A DNA stretch of 64,000 bases, from NCBI RefSeq assembly GCF_020745735.1, contig NC_083401.1:49907740-49971739 (forward strand), given 5' to 3'. Source of the stretch: Hemiscyllium ocellatum. Lineage: Eukaryota. The notes beneath the pieces were generated by a model. It worked only from the letters and a program-made list of their open reading frames with translations. It ran no database searches and was not told where the DNA came from. Below, piece by piece: positions 37,948 to 50,552 of the stretch. A program made the translations under genes and the position numbers. Position 1 is the stretch's first letter. Each line of letters begins with the position of its first letter.

Positions 37948-38503
37948 AGGAGAAAGTGAGGACTGCAGATGCTGGACATCAGAGATTATGGTGCAGGAAA
38001 AGCACAGCAGGTCAGGCAGCATCCAAGGAGCAGGAGAATCGATGTTTCAGGCATAAGCCCTTCATCAGGATTGAGGCTTGTGGGCCTGGGGAGGCAGCTA
38101 AGGGATAAATGGGAGAGGGGTGGCGTTGGGGGGGGGGGAAGGTAGCAAAATAATGTGATAGGTAGATGAAGGTGAGGGAGAAGGAATAGGTCAGAGAGGA
38201 GGTTGGAGCAGATTGGTGGGAAACTGAGGAGGAGATGTTGCTGTGGTAGCGAGTCTACTTCAGTATTTTCCCGTCTATCCGCTCCATCCTCCTCTCTGAC
38301 CTATCACCTTCTCCTTCACCTTCATCTATCTATTGCATTCTCAGCTACCTTCCTCCAACCCTCACCCCCAGTCCCATTCATCTCTCAGCCCCCCAGCCCA
38401 CAAACCTCATTCCTAATGAAGGGGTTATGCTCAAAACATTAAATCTCCTGCTCCTTGGATGCTGCCTGACCTGCTGTGCTTTTCCAGCATTACACTCTCG
38501 ACT
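37948..38503. mobile_element. Inverted pair of PLE family A termini (~550 bp)
   Basis: Arm ~37990-38225 mirrors ~38270-38490; hammerhead on minus at 38037-38072 and a degenerate one on plus at 38409-38442. Confidence 0.85.
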
Positions 38504-38679
38504 ACAATTAATATGACATGAGCAAACATCACATTGGATAATGATAGCCCAAAGCACACATAATCACACAAACATTAAGAAGGTTGTGGAATGCTCTTCC
38601 TGAAAGTGTAGTAGTGGCAGATTCAATTGTGATTCCGGAAGGACCTGGTTAATTATCTTTATTTGGGGGTATCGTTGCC

Positions 38680-39085
38680 CTTTCATAAAAGCCTGGCAAT
38701 TGTGTTGTGCGAATGTTACTTGCCATTTATCAGCCCAAGCCTGGATGTTATTCAGATCTTATTGCATTTGAACATAGACTGCTACAGTATCTGAGGAGTT
38801 GCTGACCATTGTGCGATCAATGGTGAACATCCCCACTTCTGACCTATAATGATTGGAAGGTCATTGACGAATCAGCTGAAGATGGTTGAGTCTAGGACAC
38901 TAGCCTGAGGAGCTCCTGCAGAAATATCCTGAGATAACTGACCTCTAACAACCATGACCATCTTCTGATGAGCTAGTTTTAACTCCAACCAGTGGAACAT
39001 TTGCATGCGATACCCATTGATTCCAGTTTTGCCAGAGCTGGTTGAATGTAGCCTTGATGTCAAGAGCTGTCACTCTCACCTCACC
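38680..39085 (-). mobile_element. Second-family LINE RT fragment
   Basis: 'GQLSQDISAGAPQASVLDSTIFS'. Confidence 0.7.
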
Positions 39086-39154
39086 TATGGTGATCTCCCT
39101 GTAATTCTAAGTTTGATTTACAATAAATTGTAGTTGGTCAACATATTCCAATAA

Positions 39155-40065
39155 AAGTCATCGAGTCATAGAGATGTACAGCACAGAAACAGACCCTTCG
39201 GTCCAACCCGTCCATGCCGACCAGATATTCCAACCCAATCTAGTCCCATTTGCTAGCAACCTGCCCATATCCCTCCAAACCTTTCCCATTTATATACACA
39301 TCCAGATGCCTTTTAAATGTTGCAATTGTTCCGGCCTCCAACACTATCTCTGGCAGCTCATTCCATACATGCACCACCCTCTGCATGAAAATGTTGCCCC
39401 TTAGGTTTCTTTTATATCTTTCCCCTCTCACCCTAAACCTATGCCCTTTAGTTCTGGATTCCCCCACTCCAGGGAAAAGACTTTGTCTATTTACCCTTTC
39501 CATGCCCTTCATGACTTACAAACCTCTATAACCTCACCCCTTAGCCTCTGATGCTCCAGGGAAAACAGCCTCAGCCAATTCAATCTCTCCCTCTCACTCA
39601 ATTCCTCCAACCCTGGCAACATCCTTGTAAATCTTTTCTGAACACTTTCATGTTTCACAACATCTTTCAGAAAGGAAGGAGACCAGAATTGCATGTAATA
39701 TTCCAACAGTGGCCTAACCAATGTCCTGCACAGTTGCAACAAGACCTCCCAACTCCTGTACTCAATACTCTGACCAATAAAGGAAAGCATACCAAATACC
39801 TTTTTCACTAGCCTAACTACCTGTGACTCCACTTTCAATGAGCTATGAACCTGCACTCCAAGGTCTCTTTGTTCAGCAACACTCCCTAGGACCTTACCAT
39901 TAAATGTATAAGTCCTGCTAAGATTTGTCCTCCCAAGCTGCAACCCCTCGCATTGATCTAAATTAAACTCCATGTGCCACTCCTCAGCCCATAGGCCCAT
40001 CTGATCAAGGTACCACTTTAATCAGAGGTCACCTTCTTTGCTGTTCATTACACCTCCAATTTTAC
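39155..40065 (-). mobile_element. CR1 (HER1-like) 3' fragment
   Basis: ORFs 39509-40000 and 39240-39512; same subfamily as 10235-11512. Confidence 0.9.
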
Positions 40066-41344
40066 GTAAATATTGAGATTTCCCCTTTCTCCTGGTAATA
40101 ATCTAGGTTTTCCTACAACAAATACCTCATTACTTTGAATATATTACTTATATTTTGTTGAACATTCTTGAAACATGGCTACTAAAGGCCACTCATATAA
40201 CAATTTTTTTTTCAATTGTTCACTGGCAATTAAAGCAAAAGTTAAAAACAGTCATGCTGCGTGTGTGTACCAATTGTATGTGTTAGCACATGGAAGGGAC
40301 TTGAGCTGCAATCAATAAAAATTAAATAATGGCATTTGAAGCAAATGCATTTACTGTTAATAAATACAAAAGAAAATAAGTTAGAAAGAGTCAAACAACA
40401 TGGAAGCTTCAAACAGGACAAGGTAAGTATTCGAAATCTAACTCTTAATTGTAATTGGCAACCTGATCAGTCCTTTCCTGTTTCCATTAAACTATGTCAG
40501 AAAGTAACAGACTCTAACCAAAACCATGCTTTGAGTTTTCTACTTTAGTCATAAAAGATGATTTAGTTTTCTTGATGGAGTATTGAATGTTTACATAGCT
40601 GCACTTAACCATCTTAAAAATGAAAACTATTTGGATATTTTCCCTCTCACTATATGTTGATTAGAATGTGCAATTGAGCTGATGTAAGGTGCAATGTGAT
40701 TAGTTTTACGTAATATTGGCTAACAAAGCCATTTATAATATTTAGTAAAATATTGTAAGTAATGGCAACTTTTTTGATCGCTTCAAGGTATTTGTCAGTT
40801 CTGATTGATTGCTGAACTTTGTAAAACTTCTTGACCAAATTTCAATCATAATATTATAAAGGTTTATGAGGTTTACAACGATCTGAGAGAATAGGAGCTG
40901 TATTAAACAGTTGTGACTGGACATGCACAACTTAGATGCTTGTCACTATCTCATTTTCTCACCGTTTTCCAACCTAGATGTTGAATAGTTTCTGCATTCA
41001 TGAATAATTTATTTCAAATGACCTCTCATTGGAGAGAATGCTGGAGAAATTGCAAATATTTTCCAGTAAGTTTCCCCTGCAGACCCACAATAGACATTAT
41101 GTATTTATTTATTATATAAAAGAAGCAGACTTTATTCATCAATCTATGAAGACACAATCAGGAAGGAGCACTCTCAAACTAACTACGTTATTGTTAGCGT
41201 GCTATTATGCACAGCTAGGTTTTCAACAGACAGTACCATTCATCACTTCTGAGTAGTACTTAACATCAAACAAGGCCAGTGTGTTACATTCCAGGCAGCC
41301 TTACGGATGCACATTTTAATGGGAACCTCGCCTTTCATAATCTT

Positions 41345-42370
41345 CTATCAGGTGTGGGCATCTTTGGAAACATTATTATTTATTGCTTATCCCTAATTGC
41401 CCTTGAACTGAGTGAGTCGGTAGGCTCTTTATGAGTACAGTGAACACACCTGATGGATCTGTTTGACAATTGATGATAATTTCAAGTTCCCATTACGGAG
41501 ACTAGCTTTCAACCCTGGATGTATTAGTCGAATGTAAATTGCACCAGCTGCTGTGGAATCATAGACTAATATAGTCATAGAGATGTACAGCATTGAACAG
41601 ACCCTTCGGTCCAACTCATCCATGCCAATCAGACATCTTAAATTAATCTAGTCCCATTTGCTAGCACTTGGCTCATATCCTTCTAAACCTTTCCTATTCA
41701 TGTACTCCTCCAGATGTCTTTTAAATGTGGTAATTGTACCAGCCTCCACCATATCCTCTGGCAGCTCATTCCATCATGTACTACCCTTTGTGTGAAAAAA
41801 GTTGCCACTGAGGTCCCTTTTAAATCCTTCCCCTCTCACTCTAAACCTATGCCCTCTAGTTCTGAACTCCCCCATCCCAGGGAAAATACCTTGTCTATTT
41901 ACCCTATCCATGCCCCTCATTATATTATAAACCACAGCCTCCGATGCTCCAGAGAAAACAGATCCAGCCTATTCAGCCTCTCCCTGTAGCTCAAACTCTC
42001 CTGTCCTGGCAACATCCTTGTAAATCTTTTCTAAGCCCTTACAAGTTTCACAACATCCTTCCAATAGGAGGCTGACCAGAATTGCACACAATATTTCAAA
42101 AGTGGCCAATGTTCTGCACAGCTGCAACATGACCTCCCCACTCCTACACTCAATGGTCTGACCAATAAAGGAAAGGTCTTATTCACTATCCCATCTCCCT
42201 GTGACTCTGCTTTCAAGGAACTATGAACCTGCACTCCAAGATCTCTTTGTTCAGCAACACTCATAGAGATGTATAGGATAGAAACAGACCGTAGTGGGAT
42301 TTGAACTCATACCACCAGAACATTAGTGTGGTCTTACTGGTCCAGTGACATCGCCATACAGCATTACCTC
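41345..42370 (-). mobile_element. tRNA-type SINE interrupted by a CR1 3' fragment (41560-42290, minus)
   Basis: SINE tail 41345-41558 and head 42291-42370 (GGGATTTGAACTC..CCAGAACATTAG); CR1 'AEQRDLGVQVHSSLK' to GACT tail. Confidence 0.75.
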
Positions 42371-42519
42371 TGTCTTATTCTCCTTTCCAGTGCAGATACT
42401 CAGTGGTAAAATAGAATTGAAAAATGGATCTTCTTCACGTTCTGTATGAGCAAAAGTTTTCATCATTCAACTTGTTGTCTCTGCCTAGTCAGATGTATAT
42501 ACAGCACAAGTGACAGAAG

Positions 42520-43300
42520 CAAAATTATATCCAGATTTGAGCTGACAAATGACAAGCAATAGTTGCACCATACAAGTGCCATGCAATATTCATCTGGAAC
42601 AAGAGAAAATCTAACCATTGTCCTTTGACATTCAATGGCATCACCATCATCCATTATCAACTTCAATGGTTTACCATTGACTAGAAACTGAACTAAACTG
42701 ATCATATAAGCACTGTGGCTACAAGAGCGCATCAGAGAATAGAAATCTTGTAACAAGTAACTCATTTCCTGGCTTCGTAAAATTACCTGCAAAGCACCAA
42801 TCCAGACTAGAGGAATGCTCCCTACTTGCCTGGATGAGTGGAACTCCAATAAAATTCAAGAAGCTTGACACAATCCAGAACATAGCAGGATGCTTCATTG
42901 GGACCACATACACAAACATTCACATTCTCCACCACCAATCAGCAGTAGCAGCGGTGTGTACCATTTACAAGAAGCACTGCAGAAATTCACCAATACTTCC
43001 AAGCCAGCACCTTTTAGTTTCATCTTGAAGGACAACAGCAAAAGATGCATTGGAACACCAAGTTGACCTTTAAGCTACTCGCCATCCTGACTTAGAAATA
43101 TATCTTCATCACTGCAGTGCCATTGGCTCTAAATCCCAGAACTTCCTCCTGATGGGTACTGTGGTTCTAACTGCAGAAGGCAGACTGCAGCAATTCAAGA
43201 AGTAGCTTACCAACACCTTCTCAAGGGTAGCTATGGATGGACAGACAATAAATGCTGGCCAGCCGTCAATGTCCACATCTCATGAGAGAATTTAAAAAAT
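42520..43300 (+). mobile_element. Second-family CR1/L2-type LINE 3' part
   Basis: 'SLLAWMSGTPIKFKKLDTIQNIAGCFIG..HILHHQSAVAAVCTIYKKHC'; CAATAAATGCTGGCCAGCC tail. Confidence 0.8.
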
Positions 43301-43495
43301 AACTCCTTGCTTTGCTACCCTAAAAAAAATTAACCCCCTCACACCTACTAAGAATCTATCCAGCTCTGCCTTAAACATAATTGAAAGATTTTACTTCCTC
43401 TTTCTTTTGGGAAAGTCAGTACCAACAACTCACTATCCTCTGAGAAAAATAAATCTTCCTTAATTCTGCCTTATATGGGTAACTGTTTTGTTTTG

Positions 43496-43637
43496 AGTGA
43501 AAAGTGAAGTCTGCAGATGCTGGAGATCAGAGCTGAAAATGTGTTGCTGGTTAAAGCGCAGCAGGTCAGGCAGCATCCAAGGAACAGGAAATTCGACGTT
43601 TCGGGCAAAAGCCTTTAACCAGCAACACATTTTCAGC
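43496..43637. mobile_element. PLE family A terminus with 25-bp perfect fold-back, nested in an old CR1 (~43330-44140, minus)
   Basis: 43532-43556 is the exact reverse complement of 43613-43637; half hammerhead (reverse complement GGCTTTTGCCCGAAACGTCGAAT). Confidence 0.85.
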
Positions 43638-45530
43638 AACTGTTTTGTTTTTACTTGTCCCATCAGAGGAAACATTCTTTGCCAATCTACGCAGTCAAGA
43701 CCCCTCAGGATCTTGTCTATTTCAACCTAGTTACTGTTTAATGTTTTAAATTCAAGCAAATAATATTTTCCCACATTATATTTAATCTACTAAAATCCGC
43801 TTGCTTAACCTGTCTACATCGTCCTTCAGAATTTTTGTGTCATCTTCACTACTTCCCTACCTATCTCTTGTTTGTTATTCTCAAACTTGGCTTTAATACT
43901 TGACTTCTCTCATTCAAGTTATGATCATGTATTGTTAAATAATTGTGATCCTAGAATTCAATCCTGTGGCACTCCATTAGTTGCAGAATGCCATCCTGAA
44001 AATCTCTCTTTATCCCACCTCTCTGTCATCTATTAGTCAATCATCTATCCATGCTAATACATTATCCCTCAACACCATGGGCTCTTATCTTATTAAGCAG
44101 CCTAACATGCAGCTACTTATCAGGTGCTTTCTCGAAATGGAATGCCTTCGGATTCAGGACTAGAGGACTAAAAGGCAAACTGGAGTTGTCAGCTTTCTGG
44201 TCCATGCCATTGATTGTCATTTTCTAATTTCTGTCCTCTGGGTGGGATAACACAAAACTTACATATCAATGAGGTGATGTGATGTAACAATGAAGATGAT
44301 GCAAATAGGCATATCACTGCCCACCAGTGAGAATACCAGCTCACCAGTTAACACTTCGTCGGAAAATAGGACTTTCTGTTTTCAATGTCAAGGAGGCCTT
44401 TGCTGGCAATCTCGTGTGATTTCACAATTTTTTTGCCAATGCCCACAACATTCAGTGTCTGAGAAAATTCCCGATCCAAATCACTTGGAAAAATTGTAAA
44501 GAATTTAGGCTCCAGCACTGATCCCTAGACACACTATTTGTTATGTCTTGCCAACCAGAAAATGACCCACTTATGCCTACTCTGTTTCTTGTTAGTTAGC
44601 CAATATCCTATCCAAGACAACATGTTACTCTCTAAACCGTAAGTGCTTTTCCCACTCTAACCTTTGATTGTTGCCTTACATAGTGACCAAAGCCAGGGTG
44701 GGGGATTTTCACTTTAAGATAGTTTGGGATAAGCAGACAAGCACTTGTTGAAAGGGTAGAAATTTCCTGGGGTATATCTGGGATACCGCCATACAACATT
44801 ATGCCATGGATGCAACAAGGGGACAAACAATATCAATTTAGCAATGAGTAATGAGCTGAATTTAATTAGTAACCTAATTGTGCGTGAGCATTTCTCAAAT
44901 AGTGATCATAACATAATCAAGTTCAGTGTCATGTTTGAAAATATAAAGCATAAATCAGCCCCTAGAGTTTGGATTTAAGGCTGAGATGAGACAGAGACTG
45001 TTCACAATAAACTGGGAACTTCTGTCAATGGGTAGAAAACTGAAGAAGCGCGGGGAATATTTACGGAAACATTTAATGCGAATAAGAATCAGTTTATACC
45101 CCTGAGAGAGAGAAAAACTCACTTCATAGAAAAAACAATCATGGATAATGAAAGACATACCGGACATAAAATTAAAGTAAAGGGCTTACAAAAATGCAAA
45201 AGAAAACACAGACCCTGCTAATTGAGAAAGATATAAAAACGAGCATAGGACCACGACACAGCTTAAAGAGCTATGTAAGGGGATTAAGGAAGAATATTTG
45301 CCAGGGAAATCAAAATCAATAGGAAGAAATGTAATAATTACATTAAGGGAAAGTGGATGTTCAGGAGCAATGTTGCCCCATTAAAGACTGACAGTTTGAA
45401 TATTGTCAATGACAATGGGAAAATAGCAGACATGGGAAAATATAGATAATGAAGAGATTAATGAAATTGAACAGTGACAAATCCCCAGGGCATGAGGGTT
45501 TCAATAATAGAGGGGCACATTTTAGACACC

Positions 45531-46090
45531 TGAAACAGCTTCACAGAGGATGGTATCCCATCACCAAGTCACCCTTCATTTGTACGTGGAGAGTCCTTGA
45601 CAATGATCCAACTTCCTCAGAGCCAGCTCTTGGAATGAACAGGATGTCTGACATTCCTGTTTTTTTTAATTTTATTAAACAAATTACAAAACAGTTTACA
45701 AATAACATTTACAGCTGTACACAAGAGACAGCAATTTTACAAGGGAGAGGAGCAGCAAAGCTAGGCCCCAAACCCTACTGTTCAACCATTTTACAGTGAT
45801 ATGAGGACAAACCTCAAATCCCAGTTCCATATAGGACAAGACAGTGACAACGACATTTGTACATTAGACAGTATTGATACATACAAAAGTGCAGACAGTA
45901 CAGACTCAGCAAGCCCCCATCCCTCCCACCTCTCGACCACCCTAAGGCAGACCGCCCCCTACCCACCTTCTGGCTCTCGGTCCACTCTATCTATCAGCCA
46001 GAGCTCCCTGATTGGACCAGATTAATAGCCCCAATCAGGGAATTCATATTCTATGAGGACTACCTGGCTGACCTCATTCTAAACGCTCCA
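45531..46090 (-). mobile_element. Solo LTR (Gypsy-like) with nested poly(A) insert
   Basis: TG...CA ends; 5-bp TSD ACACC (45526-45530, 46091-46095); homologous to 30958-31189. Confidence 0.8.
45660..45986 (-). mobile_element. Poly(A)-tailed retroposed 3' fragment (L1/Tx1-like UTR or retrocopy)
   Basis: Reverse complement ends TTTAATAAAATTAAAAAAAAA; segment absent from the sister LTR. Confidence 0.55.
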
Positions 46091-47861
46091 ACACCCTGAC
46101 TATAATCTCTAAGCTCCTGAGGTATAACAGTCTTCTCTCTAATTTGGAGAATTGCACATCCCTTCACTTTTTAAAAAGAATAAAAGTAGAAAACCAGGGA
46201 TTTACAATGAGCCTAACATCTGTGGTGGATAAATTGTTAGAGTCTATAATTAAGGATGGGTTAACTGAACACCTTGAAATTTTTCAGTTAATCAGCGAGA
46301 GCCAGCATGGATTCATGACAGGTAGATCATATCTGGCATATCTCATTGAATTTTTTGAAGAGATGACTAAGGTAGTGAACATGGGAATATCTACAAAATT
46401 CCAGAAGGCATTTGATAAAGTTCCACATAGGAGACTGTTAACTAAGGTAGAAGCCAATGGTATGGAGGGCAAACTATTGACGTGGCTGGGAAATTGGTTG
46501 GGTGACAGGTGACAGAAAATAGGAAGAATGGGTAGGTACTCAAAATGGCAGGATGTGACCAGTGGTATCTCACAAAGATCTTTGTTAGTGCCTCAGTTAC
46601 TCACATTGCTTGTTAATGACTTAGGTATGGCACAGAAAAATCATATATCAAAATTTACTGATGACACAAAGTTAGGTGGCATTATAGACAGTGCAGATAA
46701 TAGCAAAAAATTACAAGGGGATATTGATAGACTAAGTGAATGGGTGAAACTGCGACAGATAGAGTTTAGGTGTGGGGTTATCCAGTTTGGACTGAAAAAT
46801 GATAGATCAGGGTACTTTCTACATGGTATGAAGTGAAATACAGTGGATGTCCAAAGAGACTTGGGGGTTTTGCTGTAAAGATCTTTAAAAGGTCACAAAC
46901 AGATACAGAAAACAATTAAGAGAGCTAATGGAATGCTGGCTTTTATACTTAGAGGATTGGAGTACAAGAATGCAAACACTATGCTGAAGTTATATAAAAC
47001 CCTGGTTAGACATAACTTGAAGTACTGAGAGCAGATCTGAGCAGCACACCTTAAGAAGGATATATTGACCTTAGAGAGAATACAACCCAGTGCAAATTTA
47101 TAAGAACTATACCTGGACTTGCCCTATTGAGGAGAGATTATACAAATTAGGCCTGATTTCTCAAGAATTTAGGCCAAAGTCTTCAAAATATTAACAGGTA
47201 GATAAAGATAAATGATTCTGGAACTAGGGAGCAATGTTGCCCCATTAAGGACTGAAAGTTTGGATATTGTCAATGACAATGGGAAAATAGCAGACATGTT
47301 GGATAATTACTTTGTCTCGGTATTTATCATAGAAACAAGAATAGCTTGCCAGAAGTCCTGAAGAAATTAATAGTAGGTTAGGAATAGGGACTGAATAAAA
47401 CTGTTGTAAGTAACATTGTATAGTTTGAGAATTAGGGCCAGACCATTCAGGACAGAGGATAGGAAACACTTCTATGTGCAAAGAGTGGTCAACTGTTAGA
47501 AGTTTCTTCTACGAAGGACAATGGATGCAGAATCATTGGTTAATTTACATCAGAGAATGGTACATTTTTGATACATAAATATATCAAGGGATATGAGTTA
47601 ATGGCAGGTATATAGAGTTAGATAACATGATCTCATTGAATGATGGGACAGGCTTAAGGGACTGAATGGCATACTCCTATTTTTGTGTTCCTATATTATC
47701 ACCTATCTTCTGAAAGTATAGCAACAGTACATTACTGTTTCCCTTTACAGGTTACTCCTTTAAAGGACACCAATAACTTAATCAAACATGATCAACCTTT
47801 CACAAATTCACATTGCTTTAGCCTGATTACCTCAAATTTATCCAAGTGCTCCATCATTAAT

Positions 47862-48172
47862 GGGCGGCACGGTAGCACAGTGGTTAGCACTGCTGCCTCA
47901 CAGCGCCAGACACCCGGGTTCAATTCCCGCCTCAGGCGACTCTCTATGTGGAATTTGCACATTCTCCCCGTGTCTGCGTGGGTTTGCTCTGGTTTCCTCC
48001 CACAATCCAAAAATGTGCATGTTAGGTGAATTGGCCATGCTAAATTGCCTGTAGTGTTAGTTCAAGGAGTAAATGTAGGAGTATGGTTCTGGGTGGTATA
48101 CGCTTCGGCGGGTCGGTGTGGACTTGTTGGGCTGAAGGACCTGTTTCCATACTGTAAGTAATCAAATCTAAT
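47862..48172 (+). mobile_element. HE1-type V-SINE (young)
   Basis: GGGCGGCACGGTAGCACAGTGG, GGGTTCAATTCCC, V-domain, TAATC tail. Confidence 0.92.
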
Positions 48173-48489
48173 AACTTCTTTAATCATAACTTCCAACATA
48201 GAATTAAATAAAAGTCTAAAAAAAAGTCAAATAACAACCATAAACCCACATTGTCATAAAAAAAAACACATCTTGGTCACTATCATCCTTCAGGGAATGA
48301 AATCTGCTATAGTTATCTGGACTATACATGAATCCAGGTTGACAGTAATGTGACTAACAATGTGGGAAATTAGAGATGGGCAATAAATGCTGCCCTCCAT
48401 CCCTTAAACAAATAACAAAAACTCTCTCACTAGCTACTTCGGTTCACTAGTGTGCAAACGTTCAGGTCCTGGGACTTGTTAATCCTCAG

Positions 48490-48780
48490 TTGGCCTAGTG
48501 TTATTATCATTAGACTGTTAATCCAGTGACCCAGCTAATCTTCCAGTGACCTGGGCACAAATTCCGCCACAGCAGAGGGTGTAATTTAAGCTCAGCAAAA
48601 TCAAAATAAAAGTCCAATGATGACTGTGAATCCATTGACGATTCTTGGAAAAACCCATCTGGTTCACTAATGTGGCAAGTGACTCCAGCCCCATAGCAAT
48701 GTGGCTGAGTCTTAACTACCTTCTGGGCAATAAATGCCACCTTGGCCATAGATGCCCTTATCCCGTGAATGAATAAAATA
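48490..48780 (+). mobile_element. tRNA-type SINE (second-LINE partner); partial copy also at 48240-48410
   Basis: TGGCCTAGTG head, AAAACCCATCTGGTTCACTAATG body, GGGCAATAAATGC tail. Confidence 0.65.
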
Positions 48781-49213
48781 AGTTCCAACAATTTGCTTTG
48801 CACCACTTTCCTGGTGATGTAATTTTCTCGAGTTCCTTTCTCCCTTCATATTCATGATCATCAGCTTTTTCTGGAATATTATTTATATCATTCGCAGTGA
48901 AGACTGAAGGATAATATTGAGTAAGCTAACCTACCATCTTCTTAGTTTTCATTACCTACCAGGCTCATTTTCTATAGGACCTGCTCACTTTTTCTCACTC
49001 TTTATTTTTTAAAATAACCGTCCAAACTTCTACTATCTGTTTCACCCAGTCGATCGATATCTGTCTACTTCTTCCTTGTATCGATGTTGCAACATTCTAT
49101 CTTGGTGTCATCAAGATAGAAGATATGAAGAATAAAGTATGAAAGTTACAATAAGAGCATCTACTCAACTAAGTGGAAAATTGTCTACAGGTTTAGTAGC
49201 AGAGGACTGGAGT

Positions 49214-49510
49214 GGGTGGCACGGTGGCACAGTGGTTAACACTGCTGCCTCACAGCGCCAGAGACCCAGACTCAATTCCCGCCTCAGGCGACTGACTGTG
49301 TGAAGTTTGCTCGTTCTCCCCGTGTCTCCTCCGGGTGCTCTGGTTTCCTCCCACAGTCCAAAGATGTGCAGGTCAGGTGAATTGGTCATGCTAAATTGCC
49401 CGTAGTGTTGGGTAAGGAGTAAATGTAGGGGTATGGGGGGTTACGTTTCGGCGGGTGGGTGTGGACTTGTTGGGCCAAAGGGCCTGTTTCCACACTGTAA
49501 GTAATCTAAT
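49214..49510 (+). mobile_element. HE1-type V-SINE inserted in a CR1 fragment
   Basis: Flanks rejoin as 'EDW..ANVVSLFKKGSRDDPSNYR'. Confidence 0.9.
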
Positions 49511-50552
49511 TGCAAATGTTGTGTCCTTGTTCAAGAAGGGCAGTAGAGATGACCCAAGTAATTATAGATCACTGATGGCATTGTGGCTCAACCCACAGCA
49601 GGTGGACTGTGTCGCTTCAAGAAGGCAGCTCACCACTACCTTCTCAAGGGGATCGCTAGCCAACCATTGATGCCCATGTCTAATGAACGAATAAATAAAA
49701 ATCTGAAAATTTAGCAATAATATCTTCACTCACCTCATCCAAGTCATTCATACAAATTGTAAAGTGTTGAGGGCCCAGCAGAGAGCCCCTACTAGACTTT
49801 ACTCATCATATCCTGACAATCAATGCATTGAGTCTGTCTTCTTCCAGCCAGCCACAGTCCTATCCATGCTAATATGTTACTTTGCACCATGACCTTTGAT
49901 GTGGAAATCTGAGTACAGTATAGCATTGGACTGTCTTTTATCCTCACCAGACCTTTATTCCTGGAAAGAACTCCAACAAGTTGCTTAAACATGACTCCCA
50001 TGACACAAAACCATGCTGACTCTTCCTAAAAATCTTGAATTTTTAAAAATACACAATATAAATCAATTCTAATCATATTGAATGCTGCGGCAAGCTCGTC
50101 AGTCTGAATGATCTACTCTTGTTCCTATGTTACTAGGACCTCCTTAATGACTGATATTAATTCCCCATGACAGATGTCAAGTTATCGGCCTGAGGTTTCC
50201 TATTTTCTGTCTCCCTTCCTTCTTGAATAGATGGATTATGTTTACTACTTTTTAGGCTGCTGGAACCTTTTCAGAATGTTGGGAACTTTGGAAAATTACC
50301 ACCAACACATTTACTATCTCTTTAGTAACATCTTTTAAGACTCTAGGATGAAATCCATCAGGATCCGATAGTTCTAACAATTTTCTCAGTACTGCTTTCT
50401 TAGTGATTGCTAACTTCCTTTCCTAACTTACTGAATTGCTGGGTTTTTTTTAACATTCACGACAGTGAAGACAAAGATAATGTATTTGCTTATTTCATTT
50501 GTCATTTCCTTATTATTGTTCCTTGTTATTAATTTCCCATTCTCACCCCCTG

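Larger units (their letters stand above)
44665..47690 (+). mobile_element. Old CR1 ORF2, fragmented, carrying a solo LTR
   Basis: 'SDHNIIKF', 'ESQHGFMTGRSYL', 'FQKAFDKVPHRRL', 'SKFTDDTKLGG'. Confidence 0.85.
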
